Part shown: positions 55,551 through 64,000 of the stretch, piece by piece
Numbering within the stretch: position 1 is the stretch's first letter
Layout of the letters: each line of letters starts with the position of its first letter
IMG/VR virus record: IMGVR_UViG_3300042880_000230
Length of the DNA stretch: 64,000 bases
Direction: 5' to 3' (one strand)
Source: an uncultured virus (IMG/VR IMGVR_UViG_3300042880_000230)
Lineage: Duplodnaviria > Heunggongvirae > Uroviricota > Caudoviricetes
Notes under the pieces: model-generated
The model's input: only the letters and a program-made list of their open reading frames with translations
Told to the model about the DNA's origin: nothing
Databases searched by the model: none
Made by a program: the position numbers and the translations under genes

Positions 55551-56960
55551 CTACGCCTTACGAAGCGCCCAGAATAGCCCGATTTCGCTGCTATCCTCTC
55601 GGAAATCCAAGGTGTAGTCCTTGCCCAGCATATCCGTTAGGCGCTCTACTCCGCATGCCCCGTGATACTCCCCGAAGATCAGCTTTGGAAGATTCTCCAG
55701 CGTGTGCAAGGCAGCTAGCACCTCCCACTCCCCTCCTTCGCAGTCAGTTTTGATAACGTCGATAGGGCCGTCACTTTCGTCTAGCCACACAGCAGGTACA
55801 GTCCGGCGTGATGTTCCTAGGCAGTGATTGCAGCCAGGGTCAGACTGCGGTTTGGAGTACGGAAGCCATCGCTCGCTAGGGTGTACAGCCGCAGGAACGA
55901 TCTTAGCGCTAGGGTTGTTGAGCCATAACAACTGCTGCGCATCGACGTTAGGCTCGTATATAACTTGCGTAGCATCCGGCCATATACGGTGCATCGCCCA
56001 CGACGCAAGACCTATGAAACCCCCAATGTCTACTATCTTCCTAGGGCGCAAGTCTAGCTCTAGGAGCTTAGTGCGGAATCTGTAGGTGTCAGAAGATAGC
56101 AAGTCTCTAAGGTTGTACCTGTGCCAGTAGTGATCTCCGATCCAGCAGGTGTCAACCCATCCACTAGGCACTACCCGCCGCTGTAGGGTGGTAGTTAGGG
56201 GCGACTCCCGCAAACACTCTACCGCAGCCTGACTGATCGACTCGCCCTCATAGACACTGATCTCGTTTTCCCTGAAGAACCTGCTAGTGTCGAAGCGGTC
56301 TTCTCTAGGTGCTTCCCTGACGATAGGTTTTCCGAGCCCTACGGCGATAGCGTGGAGCGCCGTCTGATTCCCGAAGAATGCTTTGCAGCCTGCAATTATG
56401 TTAGCAGCTTCAAGAAAGTTAGCGGTTGGCACCCAAGGAATGTGACCGAACTGGGCTGTGAAAGCCTCATGCTCTTCTTGCAGCCCTAGGAAGATAGCGT
56501 CGTGACCGTAAAGCTCTACTAGCTTATGCCAGTGTGCATCTTCTCCGCGTGCGCGTGCAGTCCTCACAAAAACATACCCAACACCAGACGCAGGGCAAGG
56601 AGCAATCAGCCACGGACGCTCTAGCAGTCGAACGTCCCAGCCTATGCCTCGCGTACCCCCATGGGCGGATATAAGGTTAGGGTAATCCCGCAAGTGATCC
56701 CTCCACCCGTCTAAGGAGGAGCCACACGGTGCCGGAGACCATAGCACTTCTCCGATGTATGGCTGGGCCTCTAGCAGAGGAGCAATAACCGAAGCGTGCG
56801 CCTCTGTCATAGGCATGACAGTTCTGTAAGGATCGCACGACAGAATGAACCGATCCGCGCCGCCTACTGCTTTGACGGTTGCTAGCGAAAAGATCGTGTC
56901 GCCATAGTCCCCTGAGTGCGAAAAGTCAGGCGGAGTTCCTACAGGGTAGTATCGTTTCAT
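55551..56960 (-). CDS. GT9-like glycosyltransferase fused to FkbM-like methyltransferase
   Basis: HSGDYGD, PLLEAQPYI, FFGNQT..HAIA.GLGKP; VDIGGFIG, YEPN, IKTDCEGGE. Confidence 0.8.
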   Translation of the reverse strand: MKRYYPVGTPPDFSHSGDYGDTIFSLATVKAVGGADRFILSCDPYRTVMPMTEAHASVIAPLLEAQPYIGEVLWSPAPCGSSLDGWRDHLRDYPNLISAHGGTRGIGWDVRLLERPWLIAPCPASGVGYVFVRTARARGEDAHWHKLVELYGHDAIFLGLQEEHEAFTAQFGHIPWVPTANFLEAANIIAGCKAFFGNQTALHAIAVGLGKPIVREAPREDRFDTSRFFRENEISVYEGESISQAAVECLRESPLTTTLQRRVVPSGWVDTCWIGDHYWHRYNLRDLLSSDTYRFRTKLLELDLRPRKIVDIGGFIGLASWAMHRIWPDATQVIYEPNVDAQQLLWLNNPSAKIVPAAVHPSERWLPYSKPQSDPGCNHCLGTSRRTVPAVWLDESDGPIDVIKTDCEGGEWEVLAALHTLENLPKLIFGEYHGACGVERLTDMLGKDYTLDFREDSSEIGLFWALRKA

Positions 56961-57634
56961 ATCCAAGTCTGGCGGTCGTTGGTTTTTCCGCTAATGTTAG
57001 AGCTTCCTGCTTCCTGCCCGCAAATCCAGCGGCGAGGGCAGTAGACCTTCCAGTCGCGCCGTTGGTGGGCTAGCTCTAGCTGGTGATCGACGTGCTTGTT
57101 AGTGCCTGCGTAGTCAGGGGCGTGGCAGATGTGCCGGTAGAATTGATGGAAAGTCCTAGCATGAAGCGCATAGGCGTGCGTCCGGTTGACTGACCTTCCT
57201 ACGATAACGTGCGGCGACTCGGTCTCTTCAAAGTCCTGACGGTGCTGCCCGCCAAGGTATATCTGCCCCCAGTCGTTAGGCACGTTGTCCATGAATCGGT
57301 TGAGGTCTTCTAGCGCATTGTCCAGAAAGAACACGTCGTCTTCCAGCACCAGGATGCTGCCTAGCGCTAGCTGATACCGCTCGTCTCTGATGTGAAGGGC
57401 ATCCTCTACAATTCTTTGGTGTGACCGCATGCAACCCCACGCGCCCGCGCCCGACTGCCAGCAGGCAGGGTGTGAAGTCCAGTCGCCTATCACTGCATTA
57501 ACTACCTCAAACCGATCCCAGTCCTTCACCATCCTGGACGACATGAGATGCTCTAGCACCTGTGTTCGCCTGTCCGGCCTATGAGCGCAATTGATGAGAT
57601 AGACTCTGTCGAACAACTCTGTTAGTGTCTTCAT
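56957..57634 (-). CDS. Glycosyltransferase family 25-like protein
   Basis: YLIN..RPDR, GAWGC..SH, LVLEDD, W..IYLG, THAY, Q..G.S.I. Confidence 0.85.
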   Translation of the reverse strand: MKTLTELFDRVYLINCAHRPDRRTQVLEHLMSSRMVKDWDRFEVVNAVIGDWTSHPACWQSGAGAWGCMRSHQRIVEDALHIRDERYQLALGSILVLEDDVFFLDNALEDLNRFMDNVPNDWGQIYLGGQHRQDFEETESPHVIVGRSVNRTHAYALHARTFHQFYRHICHAPDYAGTNKHVDHQLELAHQRRDWKVYCPRRWICGQEAGSSNISGKTNDRQTWI

Positions 57635-57822
57635 GGGTCTACTGCTTCGCCACCGCCTTCTTCGCCACCGCCTTCTTCGCCACCGCCGCCTGAACCGCTA
57701 GGCAGGGGTGCAGAGCTTGATCCGCCAGAAGAGTAGACGGAACTGCTAGACTCCGACACCGAGGTGCTAGTCTTTGCAGACCCGCTGGAAGACGAGGGGG
57801 AGGATGAGGAGGATGATGTCAT
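57631..57822 (-). CDS. Small Ser/Gly-rich peptide
   Basis: ATGA overlaps at both ends; includes a 15-bp repeat x3 at about 57645-57688. Confidence 0.5.
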   Translation of the reverse strand: MTSSSSSSPSSSSGSAKTSTSVSESSSSVYSSGGSSSAPLPSGSGGGGEEGGGEEGGGEAVDP

Positions 57823-59297
57823 TCGCGTGGGTAGGCAGAGTTGATAAATGCTTCGTTAGCTTCAAACTGTTGGGCAGAGCGCGACGGGAATCGCATCCCG
57901 ACAAATCCTTTCCGAATAGCCGTCAGTCGCACGCACACCTTTGCAGGTCTCCTGCCGAATCGGTAGCACTCGACAATCAGTTCGCCGCGAACCACCCTAG
58001 CGCATCGCACTGGACCAGTATCTCCTGACGCACTACACACTTCGACAGTATCGTACTCGCAGACTGCCATGAAGCGAGGATCGACAGGCACCCGCGAAAT
58101 CCGACCCTTGATCTTTAGCGTCATCACGTCATCGAACCTAACATCAGGCATCTCATGCGCGAAGAGGGCAGCGTAGCCTGACGCGAGCCACGGTGCAGGC
58201 ACGATAGCAGTGGACTTGTCAGAGCCGAGCGATGCAGAGCTAGTGCTGGAGCCGGACGAAGAAGAGCTAGAGCCCGGGTCTATCTTGATCCCTGTTAGTG
58301 CAGGTGCAGCAATGACCCCTGTATGCCGCTGCTGTAGCCACAGAACGTCAGCGCCTGCCTCGTCTTTGACCGTGATGAACTCCGCTAGTAAAACGTGTCC
58401 GGTAGTTTCGGTGTTCACTGGAGCGGACGTAGTCGATATGATAGAGCCGCCCGTTGGTGTGTAGTAGTTGACCGTGATGCCGTTGATAGTCCTGCTAGCT
58501 TTAGAGAAATTGATCTGTGCGTAGACGCTGTGGCTAGCGGATACTGTAACGGATGCCCCGCCGATACCTACTTCCCGCAGCGAAGCAAACGGGATGCCTG
58601 TGACGGTAGCGCTAGCCCAGTCAGCGTAGGACACCCTGCCCGCAGAGAAATAGGCAGTGGTTGCGCCTGTCATCGCACCCGCAAACCCTAGCTTCCAGTC
58701 TAGCGTAGCCGCCTGCGGGCTATCTTCGTACACTTCCACGCTAACAATCTTCACGGCTGCGCCCGACGCTACAAGCTCAAACTTGTTGAGCGCCACTAGC
58801 ATCTCGCCGTCCTGTGCGGTTGGCGCTGTACCGTTTGCAAGGAATGCAACTTCAGCCCGCAGGGCCGACACACGAAGCCAGGAAATGTAAGTACCCGGCG
58901 CTAGCACTTTGTAGGGCGCGGGCGTAGCACTCAGCTTCGTATAGGTAGTAGACGGGTCGCCCTCATGCACCATAACGACAGAGCGCTCTATGCTGTGCGA
59001 TCTCTGGCTAGTCGCGCCTACCGGGCGCTGCCGCAGCCATTGCGATTGACCGTCCGTTAGGCTGACGCCGAACACGCCGCCTCGGTCTACGACGTAAGGG
59101 AAGAGGGAGCGGCGGGCATCAAGCGCCTCCTGCGCTAGCTCAATCACTACCATACTGCCTTCACGGCGAAGGCGAATGCCCGGTCCTTCCGAGACGCCTA
59201 GGCTGTTAGCGCCGACCTTGTTTACCTCCGCCGCAATCCGATTGAGCGCCGCAGCCAGTTCCGGCTGACCTGTGATTTTGAAGGTTCCTAGTGCCAT
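57819..59297 (-). CDS. Putative distal tail protein with poly-Ser tract
   Basis: Second gene after the tape measure; beta-rich; PGSSSSSSGSSTSSAS. Confidence 0.6.
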   Translation of the reverse strand: MALGTFKITGQPELAAALNRIAAEVNKVGANSLGVSEGPGIRLRREGSMVVIELAQEALDARRSLFPYVVDRGGVFGVSLTDGQSQWLRQRPVGATSQRSHSIERSVVMVHEGDPSTTYTKLSATPAPYKVLAPGTYISWLRVSALRAEVAFLANGTAPTAQDGEMLVALNKFELVASGAAVKIVSVEVYEDSPQAATLDWKLGFAGAMTGATTAYFSAGRVSYADWASATVTGIPFASLREVGIGGASVTVSASHSVYAQINFSKASRTINGITVNYYTPTGGSIISTTSAPVNTETTGHVLLAEFITVKDEAGADVLWLQQRHTGVIAAPALTGIKIDPGSSSSSSGSSTSSASLGSDKSTAIVPAPWLASGYAALFAHEMPDVRFDDVMTLKIKGRISRVPVDPRFMAVCEYDTVEVCSASGDTGPVRCARVVRGELIVECYRFGRRPAKVCVRLTAIRKGFVGMRFPSRSAQQFEANEAFINSAYPRE

Positions 59298-59301
59298 GGC
59301 G

Positions 59302-60075
59302 TTAGTAAATGTCGGCGTCCCATCCAGCCCTACCTGACAGCTTCCAGCTTTCATGCAAGCGAAGACCGTTGCCGACGGTCTCCATCCGAGCAGTAGACTT
59401 GAGCCATGTGCGCGTGCCTACGTTAGGGAGGAGGTACGAAGCTGGCGGTGTGTCGATCTTGCCTAGAGATGCTAGGTTGATGCCTTGCGTTATCTTCGTG
59501 CGGTCAGGGATGGTGCGAACGCGGGTGTAGACTAGCCCTGGGCTATAGTAGGACTTGATTCCGGCCTTGGGGTTAGGCGCTCCAGAGATGAGCGGTCGGA
59601 AGCCTAGGAACTCTCCTGTCTTTTTGTCGAACTCGGCACCATTCTTCCACGTTGCAGGATCGGCAGGCTTGCCAGCAAACTCCGGGAAGTCAGGGTGCGT
59701 CTCAATAGGCTCGCTGTCTGTGGCTCCTTCCAGCGTGTACGTTACAAGCTCACCGTCCTCGCCTGTAGCCTGCTCCGGCATACCCGGCCCATTGCTGCCG
59801 GGAGAAGGCTCTGGATCGACTCCTTCAAAATTCACGCTAACAGTCGCCAGGTAGCCTTCGATCCTCCTGATGGTAGCCTTCTTCCGCATAAGCCAGGAAA
59901 ATTCTGGATGCACTTTGAGCGCCCTGACTAGCCTAATGGCATCGTCGTACTTGCAGGTGTACTCAAGCACGGCGCTGCCTACTCCGCTGTCGTCGATCTC
60001 TATGCTATGGTCAACGCCTTCGACTAGCGTTGCCAGGGAGCTACCAATGTAGAGGATTCTGCTAGTGTCTGCCAT
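59302..60075 (-). CDS. Putative tail protein
   Basis: Directly after the tape measure; EPIETHP.F motif. Confidence 0.6.
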   Translation of the reverse strand: MADTSRILYIGSSLATLVEGVDHSIEIDDSGVGSAVLEYTCKYDDAIRLVRALKVHPEFSWLMRKKATIRRIEGYLATVSVNFEGVDPEPSPGSNGPGMPEQATGEDGELVTYTLEGATDSEPIETHPDFPEFAGKPADPATWKNGAEFDKKTGEFLGFRPLISGAPNPKAGIKSYYSPGLVYTRVRTIPDRTKITQGINLASLGKIDTPPASYLLPNVGTRTWLKSTARMETVGNGLRLHESWKLSGRAGWDADIY

Positions 60076-60082
60076 AATGTTA

Positions 60083-62464
60083 TCAGGTTGAAGTCACGCG
60101 GAGAACTGACGTATTGCTAGTATTTTTCGAGATGCGTTCAAGCTCGGAAAGGATAGCCCTGTCCAGAGTGCCGCCTGCGGATGCAGGAGACGTGCCGCCT
60201 AGCAGAGTATTAGTCTTTGCCGAGTTCTCGTTGATAGACTGCAAAGTCGTTAGCTGCTGGCGCTGAACTTCCGCAGGGTCTTGCTTGCCCGCAAAGAATC
60301 CGCCGCCACCGCCCATGCTCTGCAAAGAGTCCGCCACGCCTTGAAAGCTAGGCCCGTTCTTAGCTTTATCGGCACGGGCATTTACTAGCCGTTCTGCAAG
60401 CGATGCTGCTTCGATGTCGCTAACGCCTGTAGCTTCGATGATAGAACGCTTCTCGCGTAGCAGGTCGATCTCGCGCTGTATCCGGTCAGCCGCAGTAGTG
60501 TCGCCCGCAGCCTCGGCTTCTGCCGCTGCGATGCTGCGCATAATATCCTCCTTAGACTGCGCCTGCTTCTTTTCCTTGTCCATCTGCTCGGAACTTTTCA
60601 GAGCTTGGCTAGGGTTCCACTTGGTAGGGTCGAACTTGAAGAAAGATGATAGTCCGGCGGCTGGCCTGATGTCCTTCTGCGCATTCTTTGCCCACATCGC
60701 AGCCTCCGCGTTGCGCTTGTTCTCGTAGAAGATTCCACCGAGCGCATCCTTAAGAAGGTTAGCGTCTACAGCTAGCTCGGCGTAGTATGATTTGGTTTTA
60801 CCGCTGGCACCTTCAATGCCTTCGGCCCTCGTTCTCTCTAGCACTTTCTGGAATTGCTCAAGAGCCTCTGTGCTTTTACGCATTTCCTCTTCAGTCTTCG
60901 ATTCCAGAATAGTCTTGTTAATCGCAACGAACTGCTCGCGCAGGGCGCGGAGATTAACGACCGCACCTCCGTCGCTATTATTGCTCATTGCCGATATTGC
61001 AGAACCCATAAGACCTACCATTTGCGTAAGCCCGTCCACTGCGGATTTGATAGGACCGCCAGCCATAGACCCTATGCGAACCTGAAGGTCGTCTACGGCA
61101 TTGCCTAGCTTTTTCGCACTGCCTGCCGCAGTATCACCGATAGCTTGCTCAAACCTAGCGCCAGCGCCCGCTGCGCTTTCCATCTTAGCCTGCATAGCCC
61201 CGAAGCTGCTAGCGTTTGCGGCTAGGATAGAAGAGATGTCAAGGTTTTCCGCTCCGAAGAGTTTTACTAGCGTGCTTTGGTCAAGCCGCGCTAGCTTTTT
61301 CATGATGTCTTCAACCGAGTTTAAGCTAGGCGATAGCTCATACGCGGCCACGCCTGCGCTAGCCATAGCCTCTTCCGCGTCCTTGGTAGGCGCTACCAGC
61401 CTAGCAAATATTGCGCCTAGACCGCGACCAGCCATGCCGCCCCTGACACCGTTGTTTGCCAAGATTGCCAGTGCCGCCGACACTGTCTCAATCGGGATTT
61501 TCATCGCGGACGCAACAGGCGCAATGAACTTCATGGACTCACCCATGTCGTCGATGGAAGCAGGCGATGCGTTAGCGGCTGCCGTTAGCGTGTCGATAAT
61601 CCGTGTCGTGTCTTTTGCGCCTAGCTGAAACGCCGACATAGAGGCGACCATAATTTCGGCAGCACGGCCCATCTGAATTTCTCCCGCCGCCGCTAGGCGA
61701 AGCGTAGCTGTTAGCGAGCCAGCAGCCTGCTCGGCGCTCATACCTGCCGCTACTAGCTCCCGCAGTCCTCCCGCCTTTTCGATAGAGTTGAAGGCGTTAC
61801 TTCCTGACAGAGCGGCTTCCCTAAGAGTATTGAATGCGGCGGACGTTTTGTCGATCTCACCTACCGCAGCGACTCCAGCCATAGCCTGCTCAAAGTCCAT
61901 AGCGTCCTTGATCGTGTCCCGCATAACCGCGCCAGTCGCCGCAAGCACAGCCGCAGGAGCGGCGAATCTTCCTAGCATCGACAGATTTAGCATGCCGCCT
62001 CCACCCGCGCCGCCACCCGCGTCAGCGACGCTAGCGCTACCGCCGCTCATGACCGCAGTGCGGTGCCGAGACGTTACGCTCTGCTGCGAGCGCTTAGATA
62101 CGGAATTGATAGCAGTAGACGCTCTGTTAGCATTAGCGGCGACAAGGGCTAGAGAGGACGCCATCGTCGCCAGCACCTGCTCTATCCCTGCTAGCTTACT
62201 CGCGGACGAGGCTAGCTGACTTGCAGAGTTTGAGCTAGCCAGCAGCTTCTTGTCAAGATCCCCGGTCGCTGTAGCCATCGCGTTCATCCGCTTGACGATA
62301 GCTTCAGAAGGTAGGCTTTTTTCCAGCCGGGTGAACATCGACATGACCCGCGAAGTACGGCCCTCCAGCCTAGCCAATCCCATGTCGATCTGCTTCAACC
62401 CGGCCAAAGCATTGCTAGGGTCGGAGAGGAAGTCAATTCCTACATTGGATTGGGTAGTACTCAT
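60083..62464 (-). CDS. Tail tape measure protein (TP901-like core)
   Basis: FEQAMAGV.A, L.LAAAG, D.LT.AAN, L.ILANNG..G..AG; Ala-rich. Confidence 0.92.
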   Translation of the reverse strand: MSTTQSNVGIDFLSDPSNALAGLKQIDMGLARLEGRTSRVMSMFTRLEKSLPSEAIVKRMNAMATATGDLDKKLLASSNSASQLASSASKLAGIEQVLATMASSLALVAANANRASTAINSVSKRSQQSVTSRHRTAVMSGGSASVADAGGGAGGGGMLNLSMLGRFAAPAAVLAATGAVMRDTIKDAMDFEQAMAGVAAVGEIDKTSAAFNTLREAALSGSNAFNSIEKAGGLRELVAAGMSAEQAAGSLTATLRLAAAGEIQMGRAAEIMVASMSAFQLGAKDTTRIIDTLTAAANASPASIDDMGESMKFIAPVASAMKIPIETVSAALAILANNGVRGGMAGRGLGAIFARLVAPTKDAEEAMASAGVAAYELSPSLNSVEDIMKKLARLDQSTLVKLFGAENLDISSILAANASSFGAMQAKMESAAGAGARFEQAIGDTAAGSAKKLGNAVDDLQVRIGSMAGGPIKSAVDGLTQMVGLMGSAISAMSNNSDGGAVVNLRALREQFVAINKTILESKTEEEMRKSTEALEQFQKVLERTRAEGIEGASGKTKSYYAELAVDANLLKDALGGIFYENKRNAEAAMWAKNAQKDIRPAAGLSSFFKFDPTKWNPSQALKSSEQMDKEKKQAQSKEDIMRSIAAAEAEAAGDTTAADRIQREIDLLREKRSIIEATGVSDIEAASLAERLVNARADKAKNGPSFQGVADSLQSMGGGGGFFAGKQDPAEVQRQQLTTLQSINENSAKTNTLLGGTSPASAGGTLDRAILSELERISKNTSNTSVLRVTST

Positions 62465-62465
62465 G

Positions 62466-62633
62466 TTAGTGCAGGTGTCGGCAGATTAGTCCTTGAGTGG
62501 CGAAGTGACAGTGTTCGTAACTGAATGCAGTAGCTAGCGATATGTCGTGTAGAATTTGATCCGGCAGAAGCCCACTAACCGCCCGCACTGAAACAATCAG
62601 TCTGATTGGCCAGGGGGCGTGCAGTCGTTTCCC
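62466..62633 (-). CDS. -1 frameshift extension of the tail assembly chaperone
   Basis: In-frame G GGA AAC at 62633-62627; the -1 frame stays open to TAA at 62468-62466. Confidence 0.75.
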   Translation of the reverse strand, partial: GKRLHAPWPIRLIVSVRAVSGLLPDQILHDISLATAFSYEHCHFATQGLICRHLH

Positions 62634-63142
62634 TCCGTGCGGGGTAGGCCCGGAGTAGCGGGAGCGCTAGCTAGAACGCGAGTGCGCCCGCCGTCCTGAA
62701 GGTACTGCGTCACTTCTGACACTAGCTCAAACACCGCAGGGCCGTAAGGGATGGACGCGGAGAACTCCTCGACCTGCTGCCTGTAGTCGGGCGCTTTCGA
62801 GACGGCTAGCGCTTCTCGGCTAGTAGGCAGGCTGCCGATAAATACGACCTCGCACGCAGCCAGCACGGTGTCTGCCACGTTATCGGCTTTCGCTGTGACT
62901 AGCGCATTGTTGCTGCGCATGAAGATCATCAGGTCGGACAGGGTCAGGCACCGGAGATTAAAGCCTGCGACAACCCATCCGCTTCCATCCAGACCCGCCG
63001 CCTCACCCTCACCGATAACCAGTTTCGCAGCCTCCTCATCCGGCAGCGCGGGAGACGCGCCGCCGCCTAGCACTGCGTCCAGTTGCTTGTCTTCTTCGCT
63101 GTACGCTGCGGCAGGCTGTGCTGTTGCTCTCTTAGGTCTCAT
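62597..63142 (-). CDS. Tail assembly chaperone
   Basis: Upstream of the tape measure with a slippery site near its end. Confidence 0.75.
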   Translation of the reverse strand: MRPKRATAQPAAAYSEEDKQLDAVLGGGASPALPDEEAAKLVIGEGEAAGLDGSGWVVAGFNLRCLTLSDLMIFMRSNNALVTAKADNVADTVLAACEVVFIGSLPTSREALAVSKAPDYRQQVEEFSASIPYGPAVFELVSEVTQYLQDGGRTRVLASAPATPGLPRTEGNDCTPPGQSD

Positions 63143-63672
63143 TCTTGTGGGGTGGTGGTGGGTAATTGTGTTTCCGGCGTATGCACTAGCCGTTCAAGTG
63201 CGGAGGGTACAGGCTCGGCAGTCGCAGGCTTCATCCCTCGGCGCAAAGCCGCGATGTGCTTGCGAGATCCTTCTGTTAGCCAGAGGTGCGTCTTGACTCC
63301 CTGCTGGTCGTGTACCGCCATAGGCACCACAGCCCGTTCTGACAGGTGCTTGCGTTCGATGTCTGCGAAGTTGATAATAGCGGCTAGCGCAAATGAGAGC
63401 GGGCAGACAGGGTTTTCCGCGACATAACGGAATGGGTCGCTAGACGCTACTAGCGCTTTCGATACGTCCACGATTCTCTCAGGATCGTGCGACTGGAAAA
63501 TGAAGATCGCCTGCCTGTGTCCGCTAGCGTACTGGACAAGTTTTGCAGGTCTTGCAAGTGGCACCCCCACAGAGAGGAGTGCGGCGGCTAGCACCCGGTC
63601 TTTGACCACATAGGTGTTGCGGTTCTGTAGGTCCACGCCTTTGGCGCGAATAGCGTTAGTGTCTCTGGCCAT
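63139..63672 (-). CDS. Hypothetical protein in the tail operon
   Basis: ORF from MARDT with 4-nt overlap. Confidence 0.6.
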   Translation of the reverse strand: MARDTNAIRAKGVDLQNRNTYVVKDRVLAAALLSVGVPLARPAKLVQYASGHRQAIFIFQSHDPERIVDVSKALVASSDPFRYVAENPVCPLSFALAAIINFADIERKHLSERAVVPMAVHDQQGVKTHLWLTEGSRKHIAALRRGMKPATAEPVPSALERLVHTPETQLPTTTPQE

Positions 63673-63680
63673 AAAAGTTA

Positions 63681-63701
63681 GCCGGGGAATTAGCACCCGG
63701 C
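63681..63701 (-). terminator. Hairpin after the putative tail tube gene
   Basis: GCCGGG...CCCGGC then TAACTTTT on the minus strand. Confidence 0.45.
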
Positions 63702-63722
63702 AGGGTTAGAACTCAGCCTGCG

Positions 63723-64000
63723 TTAGGCTCCGATAGCGTCCCAGCTCTTCAGCGAAACCACTGTCTGGATGTAGTCTTCATTGGAGAGGGTGACTTGGAT
63801 CTTTGTGATGTAGAGCGTGCCGACGATCAGTTCACCGGAGAACACGGCAGCGTTAGCGAGGACCACAGTATCGCCCACGTCGTCGTTACTAGTGCCCGGT
63901 GCGCCGTAGCCAGTGATTTCCACTTCGTTGCCGCGATTGTAGAAGGCCGCGTTGCACACCTCTCCGCATCCGTTACGGATTTCCTTCAGGTCGCTACTGA
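63723..64000 (-). CDS. Probable major tail protein, C-terminal part (partial)
   Basis: Frame open to the window edge; upstream of chaperone and tape measure; SNEDY motif. Confidence 0.5.
   Translation of the reverse strand, partial: SSDLKEIRNGCGEVCNAAFYNRGNEVEITGYGAPGTSNDDVGDTVVLANAAVFSGELIVGTLYITKIQVTLSNEDYIQTVVSLKSWDAIGA

Noticed and set aside
1..64000. TAG stop-codon reassignment suggested by abundant TAG
   Set aside because: Minus-strand genes are intact in the standard code, TAG ends several ORFs (17910, 20249, 24035), and the tRNA anticodon is TAG (Leu), not CTA (suppressor).
55551..64000. Diversity-generating retroelement or invertible tail-fibre system
   Set aside because: No reverse transcriptase, invertase or template/variable repeat pair was recognised.

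Overview
About 64 kb of a tailed dsDNA phage genome (siphovirus-like, roughly 60% GC by eye). Every credible protein gene is on the minus strand; the only clear plus-strand gene is a tRNA-Leu(TAG). In transcription order (right to left): tail genes (probable tube protein, assembly chaperone with a -1 frameshift, tape measure), Ser-rich proteins and glycosyltransferases, a Ycf46-like AAA+/DUF1257/DUF2997 module, a complete replication/recombination block, about 17 kb of small early genes in repeated promoter cassettes, a 7-deazaguanine DNA-modification cluster, terminase, portal, a MuF-kinase-ADP-ribosyltransferase fusion and a prohead protease. Capsid, lysis and integrase genes were not recognised. 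A PEP-CTERM protein and the absence of Shine-Dalgarno sequences suggest a Verrucomicrobiota/PVC-like host (inference). Most striking: (1) strong CTAG/CTAA enrichment matched by a tRNA for CTA codons; (2) a dispersed TGCA-N5-TGCA motif with 8 exact 13-mer copies, mostly inside genes; (3) repeated promoter/operator/leader cassettes; (4) a double-effector MuF protein with a candidate immunity gene. All family calls come from motif recognition by eye; no searches were run.
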